A DNA stretch of 64,000 bases from Albugo candida (taxonomy: Eukaryota). How positions within the stretch are numbered: the stretch's first letter is position 1; the number at the start of each line of letters is the position of its first letter. Shown here in pieces: positions 26,401 to 38,800 of this stretch. The notes under the pieces are model-generated. The model was given only the letters and a program-made list of their open reading frames with translations. It was not told the origin of the DNA and ran no database searches. The stretch spans positions 62,001 to 126,000 of the forward strand of contig JBDOQK010000015.1 of the NCBI GenBank assembly GCA_040437565.1, read 5' to 3'. A program made the translations under genes and the position numbers.

Positions 26401-29400
26401 CTCCGTGTTTTGTGGGATCGGTACAAGCATCTGCTCCATAATTAGTGACTGCAGTCTTCTGGATCGTTCACAAGCCATTGCGACGATTTCTTGTTCCTTT
26501 TCAGTGGAGCTCGTACTTCCTCGACAGTATGCTTCACATTCATTTCGGGATCGGTTATATAATTCAAGCAGTGAATTCAGCGCATCCATTGCATTCGTTG
26601 TGTCTATGCTTCGTGTGCCTCTTTGCGCATTTGCAGCTTCAGCATCTACATCCTTGCTGATGAGATTTTCAGTCGTGTGATGTGATTTTTGTTCGTGCAA
26701 AACGACCGCTGATGTAGTCTCTGCTACCGATGATTGCTTATTTGTTGCTGTACTCCCCTTGCTGAAGATTCCTCGACCAAATGTCACGGCATTGCGCTTT
26801 GACTTTGTGTTGTTAGTGACTTCTTTGATTGAACCAAACGATCTTCTGCGACGTATAACTCGTTGATTAGAGCGAGAAGCTGAATTGGTGGGGCCAGAAT
26901 TGGTAGTGAGAGCACTCAATTTCTCAGCAGCGACCACTGCGTGAAAGACGGCTCCGAGTGAAATCGAAGGTCGCGGCTGTTTCACTACCAATTGTTCTCT
27001 CTTTTTGCTTGCGTGTTCTGTGCTCTCAGCTTTCTCATTCACGTCAGAGGGCTGTATCGAGGTCTGAAGAATGTACAATTGGACTTTGACCGGGTCGGAA
27101 GGTCGTAAAGTAAGTGACAAGACGTCTTTCGTGATATTTTCAAGATCGAAAACTTGTATCCACACAGAATTCATCACAACACAATCGAAATTGAGAAAAG
27201 CAGAGCCACTTTGTGTGATGAGTTTATAAAATCGCGAGTGATAAATGACATCATGGGCATCCATATTGCTCGATCGTACGCAAACATTTGGTGAATTCGA
27301 CTTATTTCTAAGATTTAAGATCGAAATCAATCTTGAATAATTGGAGTTTATTTTTCTTGGAATGATTTCGACTTTGAGCTCGACAGTTTGTTTGGGTCCG
27401 ATGACCATTTCTTCGTTTGGAACTGTAGAGATCACTTTGGAGGTCACCACAGGTTTCACTACTGTTGAAAGCTCTGCGTGATTCCGAATGACGCATGATC
27501 CACTGGTAAGTTCTCCAATATTGCAGTCTCCGAGATGTAAGATCGATGGCGACACCGTCACAATGGATGTGCAAGATCGTGCTCGCACGTGAATTGATTT
27601 GCCTAAACTCGTATCATGTACTCTGGATTGAGTTTCCTGCCACGATCCGGAAATTTGGAAGCAGCAGAATGAGAGACGAAATGATTGCTTTGTAAGTCGA
27701 CAATTCTTCGTGTCGATGTGACCCGATAATGAGTTTCTTATTGTCACATCAGAAGGTGAGCCACTGGACATGACAGGACAATACCAAACGATAATCGTCC
27801 TTTCGACTCCAGGTGGTAAATCAATCATCTCTACTAAGTAATTTGATTTTCCGGTACCATTCTTCGGAGAGGATAAAAGCTGCCTTCCCTTCTTACTCTC
27901 CAATTTGTCCTCCAGAGGTGAGCACCAGTCTTGGCTGTAGAGGGACGAAAATTGTCATGTACGTTTCTATTCGATGAGTTCTTTCGTACCTGTCACCTCC
28001 ACTCTCGTAAGCTACCGGGTACGTTGCCTGCACCTCTTTGCATCGATTCGATTTTGTAGCGTCTTGTCCAGTTGCATGTGATCTCAAAGCTCCTGGGAGG
28101 TTTTGAGTAGATGATGGTTCTCTATCGAATTCAAAATCATCGTCAGGATCATCCACATCTCCTGATGTAAATTCTCCGGACAAAGGACGTTTGCTACGTG
28201 ACAGATCTTCTTCAAACGAAAACGCCTGCGTGAGAGCACTTAGTCACAAGCTTTATGGAGCAAATTTGATATCGTCTACCTCATTCTCGTCGCCATCTTC
28301 ATCACTTCCAAAACTTATCGAGTTGTTGATCTCTAAGCACAATTTTTTTATGATAAAGCATGAGAATAGTAATTGTGAAACGCACCACCCGTCAGTTCCG
28401 TTTGCGAGGTGCCATAGTCGTCAGGCTGCAGGGATCGAGTCGATCGGACCCGATTTGGATGGAGTTTTAACTCGAATGATACTTCTTTGGGACGATCACT
28501 GCTGAGCTCTACTTGGAGCACATTTTCCGTCGTGTTTCGAAGAAGCAGCGTTTTCGATGTGGGAATACCACTGTAACAATCCCCAAAGTCTAATTTGCTT
28601 CCACTCAGCAATAACGATCCTCCGGGAACGCGTATCAAAAGACCTTCTCTACATCCCAAAATTCTTTGTGATGATACAATTCAACGTATCTTCAACGATT
28701 TTATCACCTGTGCTGCTCTTTGTTTGCAACTGTGTGTACTTTGAGAGTTCTGACGTTTGCTGAATCATGCAGATTTTGCACTTGGATTTCAAAGGATCGC
28801 TCACCGACCTACATTTTCAGTGTCAAGTGCATGTGCATTTGCATGGAGAATAGCCTCATCGTACCTCCATCGGTCGATACATGACTCGTATGCGCACGTG
28901 ACCATAAGCGACGACCTGAACAGCGTTATCACCAATATCGTAATCCGTATTGTAATCAAGAATCTTGATCAACTTCTTTGTCTCTTCAAAAGCAGTGTGC
29001 GATGAAATCAGCTTGAATAGCAACGGGATTTCTGAGCAATTCCAAATTGTAAAATCTTTCACGTATGATTTCCCCGGGACACAATCGTCAAAATGAAGCT
29101 CCTTCACATCTAAGCGAAGTAGAGACTGGCAAGCTTGACCTTGGATTGGAATACGTATTTCCTGCCCTTCATCGTCGGACAGAATCGAATCGATTCCACC
29201 GCTTTTATCGTACAAAGTAGCACCCAAAATCAATTCCCCATAGAGCTGATAACAAGAGGTCTGATGTTGTATCCTTTCCTCCTCCGAGGAATCCGACTCA
29301 CCAAATGTCTGATGATGCGAGTTGGGCATCAGATGACTCTTGTTTTTCTTTGAAAGTTGGCACGGAAATGAGCTGTTAGTGTGTAATTTTGACCCAAATC

Positions 29401-30163
29401 GATCTTTTTCTGGCTGTAAATTCGCACAAAGACAGACATAAATACGTGTTTCTTCATATGGTTCCAAAACGATCGATTCCAATTTACCGATGCAATTGAA
29501 CAATTCATTGAATCCTTTTACTAAATGAGGATACGTGAGCGATAACAACGCTTTCGCGGAAGGTTTTACGATAGTGCTCGGTGCATGATTGTAATTCTGG
29601 TCCTCTAATTTGAAGGCCTCAGGACTCAGCTCAGTGAAAGGCATCTGCTGTTGGATATTCGTGATATTCTCATTTTCCTTTTGATAAATACATTTGCTTG
29701 AAACAAAAGGCTCATGAATATCTGCTTTCAGTGTCACAAAAAGGAACTCTGACGTTAAATTTGCAATTTGTATCATTTTAATGTCGGATAAATCATTCAA
29801 ATAGAGACATCCCAATTGTAACGATTCATTTTTCTTCGCACAATGCGATGCGATTGTGTTTGGCTGTAGAGATAAGAGATGAATTGCTATGAATCGGTCT
29901 TTTTCGTGCTTTTTGGGTTCATAAACGGATCCTATTGGATTGTGAGGTGGTATGAGATCATTTGCAGCCATTTCTGTAGCGCTTTGAGATGCTTTTAGCG
30001 TCGATACTAGTCCCACAGTTTCTTCAGTGTTGCGGTCTTGTGGCACGGAGATATTCGAAACGGATGCAAAATCCTGACGTGAATTTCTCACATGGTCGCT
30101 TTTAGGTGAGGAATGTTGCATTGAGGCGTTCAGTCGATCTTTACGTCGATTTTTTCGAGCCAT
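17410..30163 (-). CDS. Very large (~4000 aa) uncharacterised protein with many Ig-like/ASH-type beta-sandwich modules; multi-exon
   Basis: Long ORFs (438, 2021, 944, 333 aa and smaller) joined by short introns. Recurrent module starts LHFDDC, LDFGDC, LHLGDC, INFGR, LSFGRC, IDVGE, IDFGT, each followed by 'xxxNxS/T' strands as in ASH/PapD-like domains. First ATG at 30163. Confidence 0.7.
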
Positions 30164-30269
30164 ACTGCGCAATATCGCGAAGAATGCAAAATTGCGAAGG
30201 AATTAGGAATCTCCGAGTCGCATGTGGTGTACCAGAGAACACTAGTATAGTATAACAAGGATCCTTGCA

Positions 30270-31734
30270 ATGAAAGCTGCGAACAAAGCAGTGAAAAGCA
30301 TCTCCGATGATTCCGCGAAATCCGCTCCGATATCGACGAATGATATTCCGTATGGATTCGACGAGCAAGTTTTACAGGAAGTGAGGAATAATCGCGTGTG
30401 GATGCAAGATCCCAAATACTTTAAATCGGTTATAGTGTCGCCTTCTGCAACGATGAAAATGCTCAATCATGCTCATTCTGGTGTGGAAAAAGGGATCAAA
30501 GCGGGCGGAAAACCAGTAGAAGTGATGGGACTTATACTCGGGAGACCTTCTCTTGGAAAAGAACGTGATGGAACCGATCTTCGAACGCTTATAGTAACCG
30601 ATTGCTTTCCGCTTCCGATCGAAGGCGCGGAAACAAGAGTGTTGGCAGATGACGCCGAAGTTATCAACTACATGATATCTCTTGGTGAAGCTATCGAGCA
30701 AACCAGGAAGGAGAAGTTTATGGGATGGTATCATAGCCATCCATTCGACGTGGAGATTCACAGTCATTGCTTCCTGTCCAGCACGGATGTGAGCACCCAG
30801 TTACAATGGCAGCGGTCTGAAGATCCTCACGGGAATCCCTGGTTGGCAATTGTCATTGATCCTCTTCGTTCGCTTGCTAAAAAGAGACCGGAAATGGGAG
30901 CTTTTCGAGTATATCCACCAGAGTATTTGGCACCGATNNNNNNNNNNNNNNNNNNNNNNNNNNNNNNNNNNNNNNNNNNNNNNNNNNNNNNNNNNNNNNN
31001 NNNNNNNNNNNNNNNNNNNNNNNNNNNNNNNNNNNNNTGGAGATTCACAGTCATTGCTTCCTGTCCAGCACGGATGTGAGCACCCAGTTACAATGGCAGC
31101 GGTCTGAAGATCCTCACGGGAATCCCTGGTTGGCAATTGTCATTGATCCTCTTCGTTCGCTTGCTAAAAAGAGACCGGAAATGGGAGCTTTTCGAGTATA
31201 TCCACCAGAGTATTTGGCACCGATTAATGAAACACCCGATGGAAGTATTGTCAATGATGATTCGAGTAGGATTGAGCGTTGGGGAAGTTGCTGGAATCGG
31301 TACGATGCACTTCTTTTGACTTGATAATCTTTTGTTGAAGTGATTGAACCTGTAGCTATTATACGCTGGAAATTGATCATTTTATCAGCGCACTTGGGTC
31401 GCAAATCGTACAAGTATTGACAGAAGAAGTGCTTTGGATGCGCACGCTGAGTACAAATCCAATGCAGGAAAATGAAAATAGAGACCGATATTCAGAACGA
31501 ATTCAGATGCTTGCAAATAAGCTCGATGGATGTCCATTGCAATTAAATACTCAAAAACGATCATCCCGAATCAAAGAAACGTTTCTTCCGGAAAAACAGA
31601 CAGCGTCATCAGGAACTTCAGAAGAGTCGGCGCTAGAAAAGATCAATCAAGCAGCAAAAGATTTGTCACTGGAGATCAGCCACGCACAAATGTTGCAGCT
31701 TACCAAAAAATATCTCTTTGATAGTGAATTGTGA
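30270..31734 (+). CDS. CSN5: COP9 signalosome subunit 5 (JAMM deneddylase)
   Basis: WMQDPKYFKSV, EVMGLILG, FPLPIEGAETRV, GWYHSHP...LSSTDVSTQ, AIVIDPLRS, GAFRVYP. Intron near 31300-31355. 30751-30937 is repeated after the gap. Confidence 0.93.
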
Positions 31735-31757
31735 ACTGTAAATTGTATTCGACACCA

Positions 31758-34095
31758 TCACAGCCGCTTGCGAGCATTTCTTTTTTCACCCATTGTGAAT
31801 AATTCATCTGCTATTCGCTCTTGCTGTTCCAAGGCCTCTAAATCGTGCTGTTCGGTTTGCATTTGTAGAGTCTGTTGCGGTGATATAGCAACGAATGTTT
31901 GGACCGGGAACAAAGAGTGCTTTGAGTGTGCGTCAAAAGAATTCCCTTTCTTGAACCGCTTGTAATTGACAGCATTCATGCCGACAGGTTTCAATGCAAT
32001 CGTTTGCTCTCGGACCAGCTTGTTGAATGTGACATTAGNNNNNNNNNNNNNNNNNNNNNNNNNNNNNNNNNNNNNNNNNNNNNNNNNNNNNNNNNNNNNN
32101 NNNNNNNNNNNNNNNNNNNNNNNNNNNNNNNNNNNNNNTGCTATTCGCTCTTGCTGTTCCAAGGCCTCTAAATCGTGCTGTTCGGTTTGCATTTGTAGAG
32201 TCTGTTGCGGTGATATAGCAACGAATGTTTGGACCGGGAACAAAGAGTGCTTTGAGTGTGCGTCAAAAGAATTTCCTTTCTTGAATCGCTTGTAATTGAC
32301 AGCATTCATGCCGACAGGTTTCAATGCAATCGTTTGCTCTCGGACCAGCTTGTTGAATGTGACATTAGGTTGTAATTGCTGAATTCCATCAAAGGAAGTT
32401 TTCTGTGCTAGGGATGTTCTTTTCTTCTGAGTCCATTCACCAGCTCCTGTGGGAGACGTATCTATTGCATAGATCGTAAGCTGCAGGTTCCTTACAGATC
32501 ATTTCATATCTCTGGACCTTGAAGATCCCCATTTCCATTCAATGTATTGACTGGATTTAGCGTTGAATTCTCAGCCATGTCGGTCAAACGCTTACCCTCC
32601 AGTCCCGTCTAGATTGTGACGATATCAAAGTTGCAAACGACGAAGCACTTTAGTGTGAAAAAAAATCCTTACCNNNNNNNNNNNNNNNNNNNNNNNNNNN
32701 NNNNNNNNNNNNNNNNNNNNNNNNNNNNNNNNNNNNNNNNNNNNNNNNNNNNNNNNNNNNNNNNNNNNNNNNNGATCTGTAAGGAAGCTGCAGCTTACGA
32801 TCTATGCAATAGATCGTAAGCTGCAGCTTCCTTACAGATCATTTCATATCTCTGGACCTTGAAGATCCCCATTTCCATTCAATATATTGACTGGATTTAG
32901 CGTTGAATTCTCAGCCATGTCGGTCAAACGCTTACCCTCCAGTCCAGTCTAGATTGTGACGATATCAAAGTTGCAAACGACGAAGCACTTTAGTGTGAAA
33001 AAAAATCCTTACCTGGGTCTTTGGACTTGCAGTATCATTGATGGGTTCAGAATTTGGATCAGACGATTGCTCAATCCTCAATTCTCTAGGAGAACCGCCA
33101 AATCCTTTGTCTCCGACTCCATTCGACGGTGGTGAGGTAAAAATGACCTTTTCCGCAAGCTCTTGTTCCGTTGTAAATTGCATGTTGGCAGTAGAGAGTA
33201 AATGAAATCTACGCTTGAGAGCCTCTTTGGCATCGCTTGTCATACTATGAGTCGAAGAGGAGGAGCTGACAATCAAGGCATTCCTTGAGTTTGATTCGAC
33301 TTTGTTTTTCTTTACCAGAATTTCATCATATTCAGCATTAATTTTTTCATAAGCCGCGATCTCTACGCCTCCCATTTCACGTATCATTCCTTCCATCGAA
33401 CAAGGAACTAAAAATGTGACCATAAAATTTTGAAATAAATGCTTTCGCTTCGGATTCGGAAGATACTTGGACATTGCAATAGCATTTTGATCATCAATCG
33501 GTGTGAAATCTTCGCACTTTGGCAATGGAACAGCCAAATTGGATCGGTTCATGACTGCATCAAGCCACGCAGGTGTGACTATAAATTGATTGTAGACAAG
33601 AGCCCACAGTATTTTTTCCGTTGCAACAATTCCACCACTTTCCGTGATACAGTGTGTAGCATGTCGAGACCTGGATCGCAATGAATGCATTCCAAGTTTT
33701 TTACAAGCTTCTTCAACCTTTTTTCGCTTCTCTTCACGGAGACGAGAGCTTACCAAATTAAAGGCGCAGGATCTCACGGAGATAATTGTTTTCTTGGCTC
33801 CAAAGGTGATATGATCACCTTCTTTCAGCGGCTTTTTAGAATTGCATTTCTGATCATTTATGAATGAACCGAAACGAGACTTCTGATCAACGAATTCTAG
33901 CGAAGGGTGAGAATTAATGTCTTCTATTTCACTTTGTGAAAGTTGACCAACTAGCAAAGTCGCGTGGTTTCTTGAAATGGATGCGTCGAAAGGTAAATTT
34001 ATATCACAACTTTTACGTCCAATAGTCCATTCCCCAGCAGTGAGATAAAATGTTTGTGCAACACTTTGCGTTGTAGAGACATCTAGTACCCACAT
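31758..34095 (-). CDS. NBS1: Nibrin/NBS1 (MRN complex): FHA-BRCT, Mre11-binding motif and ATM-binding C-terminus
   Basis: FHA (TIGRK...SISRNHA...SRFGSFIN), BRCT (ATHCI...TEKILWALV...IVTPAWL), C-terminal NYKRFKK (NFKxFxK type) and ADELF...KRL. Interrupted by two gaps with duplicated flanks. Confidence 0.88.
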
Positions 34096-35822
34096 ATATG
34101 GATAACCTGTTTCTATCGACGTTTATCTAATAGCGTATATGATGCGAAGGTCCCCCGCTGCGCATAATTTATACCGTTATCTGTATGGCGACACAGTATC
34201 GCCACTTGCACACTAATGTGTTCAGTCAGAGCAAATATATGTCACTCAGTGCATATCGATAATGAAAACGGGCGATTGCTGCAATAAAAGCGGTAGTGGA
34301 GAAAAGATTATGTGTGCAGGTAATATCATAAGCAGTAAGGCCTATTCGAAAAGTATCAAAGTCGACTGTGTGAAATGCCCTACTGAGCCACAGCTAAAGA
34401 CTTGTACGGTAAACCATATACATCTTCCGCTTGCCTGACATGTTTTAATCGTTCGAGCTTTGGATATTTCGCTTTCTTGCTGGGTGAAACGATTCATTCG
34501 AGCGGTGTCTTCGAGTTGTCACCACATCAAGCTTCCTATTCTATACCCGAGCTACCAATACATTCGTTTCCTTCATTTGAAAGTCTCGCTGGCTATCCCT
34601 CGGTATCTATCTGTCCTTTGGTATAAGCTTTAGCGTTAAAAGGAAGTGTCGACGAATATCCGACAGTCTTATTTCGAGAGAGCTAAATGTGTGCATGTTC
34701 GTACTTTCACATTATTTTTCTTTAGCATTATTTCTTGTTTTTTCCCACTCAAAGTCGAGTTCCATAACATTTTGGATGACCAGCTCGTCCTAACTTCCCT
34801 CAATAATGCAGTCGGTGCAGGCCGTTGCTTATCATTGCGGCGGATAATCACAGCTCGACCCGATAAATATATATAGTTGGTCACGAATGTCGGGGTTACG
34901 TAGGCTTCACCAATATCAAGCAACGGTAAACAATCTCTCGAGTCTAATATATCGTACTAGTCCATCAAGATCAGCATATTTGGGAGCATGACCTTCTGCT
35001 TGGGTGATGAGTGCGATCAACGATTTTCTACATCCGCACCACGTATCGAAATGTGGAGTAAAAATGACTTTTCCCCAGGGTTCGTCAAGAAGCAATATTT
35101 GAGATTTAACGATACCACGAATTTCTTTGAAGTCAATCCATACCCGTTCATGGTCCTCATCATCAGTAGGATCATAGCAAACATTAGGATACCTACCACC
35201 ATTGCTGGTTATCTACGTACCACATCCTCGTGGAGCTGCGTAGGCTCCCCAAATTCGGCTACTCTAATTTTTTACGTTCCGCTTTATCCATTTCAAACAG
35301 CAAGTGGGCTGATATCCTTATCTGTACTCGTCGACATTCCTCAAATTCTCGCGATTGCGTGTAAANNNNNNNNNNNNNNNNNNNNNNNNNNNNNNNNNNN
35401 NNNNNNNNNNNNNNNNNNNNNNNNNNNNNNNNNNNNNNNNNNNNNNNNNNNNNNNNNNNNNNNNNTCATCATCATTAGAATCATAGGATACCTACCACCA
35501 TTGCTGGTTGTCTACGTACCACATCCTCGTGGAGCTGCGTAGGCTCCCCAAATTCGGCTACTCTAATTTTTTACGTTCCGCTTTATCCAATTCAAACAGC
35601 AAGTGGGCTGATATCCTTATCTGTACTCGTCGACATTCCTCAAATTCTCGCGATTGCGTGTAAACGATATCATGTTAAGCGACAACAAGCCATCGGAGCC
35701 GAACGAAATGCACTGATACCGTACAATGTCTATCAAAGATAGGTTGGTGAATGCTCTCAACAAAAGCAGTAACCAAGGGCTCCGCAGGAATATTGTGAAT
35801 AATATCCCGGCACTTCGCTATC

Positions 35823-38800
35823 TCAGAGGGGACGAGCGACACGTAATGGGAGTCCATAGCAAACTGCCGCAAGACCATTGAGATGCTGTAGCTTACACAC
35901 GCATCTTGATCGCTCGAGAACGCTTGAAAGGGATTCTGCCGGTTTCTTAAGTAACCATTCTGTAATCAAAGCCAGACTAAGCTTGTCAACATCTTTATCA
36001 GTCACATCCCAAAGCATTGCAAGAACGCACGGGCTTCCAACACGAAGATAAGAAATGACAGCTCCATCAGGTCCAAAAATACCCTCCTGTTTGACTTTTC
36101 CACTGCTGCATCCAAAAAGTAGAATCGCGCACGCGACTCGTTTCAACTTCAAAATTCGTTCACTATGATAATACTTTTCTCCAGCTCCATGACCGCAATA
36201 AACAAGAAGCTCATGTTGCAGTAACATCGATCTACAAATTCAGTCAGATTTGCACACGACTGCCCTACAAGCACATCCGTACCTCCATTGCTTCTCCGTG
36301 GGCGCCTGTCGTATCAAACCATCCCAGTATTCGATGTCTTTCATTATTGAGCCGATGTGAGATTCGGTTTGCAGCAAATCGCCTCCCGGGTTTAAAATAT
36401 ATCCGACTTTTGCACTATTGATTGCTGCATAATCGATGCTACTCATATCGTGAAGCTCCATGCTACTTAACGTCAAATCAAGCGAAGGCATTCTTGATAC
36501 GCTTCCAAACTTTCGAAAAGCACTCAGACCTTCCCACGGGAAGTTGGTGAGATGGCTGTCCAAGATCAAAATTAGAGATGTGTTGGGGGAGATTCCTGTA
36601 TCATTCTTTGCTGACAGTCTTCGTTTCTTCTTCGCTCTTTGACTTTTGCTCATAGCATTCATCATCTCTGTGTCACGTGCTCGAGAAAGTCGATCAATCA
36701 AATCACTTTTTACCCCGCTGCATTCGATCCCGAGTCGTCTTGACAGTGAGCGGAGCTCTGTCACTTTCATTTTTCTCAATTGGTCATTTCTCGGAATGGG
36801 AATTCGATCAACACGATCAAAAAGCTCTAATATTGGTATCGCTTGATCATTCTGCTGATTTACGGTTTCCATTTGTATGAATTGCGTAATGTCACATTTC
36901 TGCTGCATTGATAAAGTAATCTCTTCCTCGTGCGAAATATGTTCCAATGCTTTCAGTATGAATTCTTCTCGAGTATTCGATGCAGACATCAACGCTGACA
37001 GCAGTAGCTGCGTACGCTGCTTGGGCAGTCTCGTGTTTGTGTTATTCGACAGGAATAACGACCAGCATTTTTGTGTACTTGGATGCAGCTCGTGGAAACT
37101 ATCTAATTCAAGAAGAAAGTTCCAAAAGCTTAAATCACTCTGCATCATGAGCTTTAGTCATTGATGTCACATAGACGCAACACCATTACCTCCATCATTC
37201 TCAAGGTGTTAGCCAGACGGATGTCAAGATCCTGTCTCACTTTCCACCAATTTTGTTTCTGCTGTTTCGTCCAGGTATCACTCTCCTCTCGTGAGTGGCC
37301 TTGGATGGAGGCTCTATAGAAAATCTGATTGAGATGAACGCATCAAAACAAATCAAACGCTAGTACGTACCTCGACTCTTCCGTTATTTCTTGTAGATTT
37401 CTCAATCGCTCACGCCAGCAGATATTTGTGGTCCTATAACACATAGGAATGCCATCTTTCTAGAGTAGAGGTTTAGCCGAGTAATCAATAAAGAATGTAA
37501 GCTCATCTGATACCGTCAAACGTGTGATTATAAGATTGTCGTTGTAATCAACGGTCATGGAGATAATAAGCCAGGAAGATGGGAGATGTGCTAGCCGAAG
37601 TTTTGTGAATTGCACATAGTCATGCACTGTCTTGAATGGACGTTGACTCCATTCTTCTCGATCCGCCACACTTTTATTCCTTAGATCTGTAACATCACGA
37701 GCTTTGACAAATGTGTGTGTTCTGCTTATGCTCGAGCCGCAAACTTTGTTGTCTGAAAAGATTCGACACGCATCTAATTCACAATTCTTCACCAAAGTAG
37801 TACCAGCGACATTAGCGAAAAAATATCCCGCTGACCATGCAAGTGAGTCTGCTTCACATTTCAGACTCTGTGTCACGGATTGCTTGAATTCATACGCGAT
37901 TCCAAGATGAAGGAATACTTCGCGTGCGAGGAAACAGACTCCACAGGAGACACCAATAGTAAACGTATTCTCGAGAAGGGCGATGGTTTCGTCCAGTGTC
38001 AGTAAAGGTTCCCAACGAGCTGATTGCCATAAATGCAAATTGGCTCTTGCCAACTCGCAGCTTCCTCTAACGATGTCAACCGTGTCGTCACATTGTCGAA
38101 TGGATGTCCTTAATTGCTTCATACTGCTTAAAAGCTGTTGCAAAATATGCTCACCATCTGCTTCTTCAGCTTTGTGCAAGTTGACCATACAGATCGTAAG
38201 TTTTCGCAGACAGCGCACACTTACTCTGTGTAATCTAACATCCTTATCAGCGCTTTTGACATTATCCAAAAGCCGTAAGATTTTGTTCAGATTTGTTCGT
38301 GCGTTTCGATGATCACCTTGAACGAGGTTCAAGTCGCATTCCACTAGTTTCTCGCTAATGTAGTGGTTCAGTTGATCCTCTGATTGCGAACTTGTCAACT
38401 GCGATAGCTGTTGTGACGCAGACTGCGCGGAGAGCATTCGGTCCCAGCTTATATGAAGTTTAGCATACTTGTACAGGACTTGACGTTGCAGCCATCGTGG
38501 CTTGAGACCTCCCACCAGCTCTATCGCGCCCGTAAGATACTGTCGCGCTCTGTCAACACATACAAATCAATTCATGTTCGAATGAAAAAGCGTCAGAATA
38601 CCATACCTTTTCGGCTGACACAGAGCGCTATACAAAGACGCTAATCGACACATACTCTTTGTCGTGATCACAAGCAAGTCCCAGTGCATTGTCTCAATCG
38701 CTTGAAAGTATATCAAAGATCCTTGTTTCGTGGATTCCAAAAGTTCTCCACGCATCTTCAAAGTCTGTACACCACAATGAGATGCAGCAGATCGCTCGAG

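Noticed and set aside
32774-32840. Perfect 32-bp-arm palindrome inside NBS1
   Set aside because: It starts exactly at a contig end. The other copy (about 32460-32500) has only a short natural hairpin, ATCTATTGCATAGAT, with the loop in the opposite orientation. This is typical of a fold-back or template-switch chimera.
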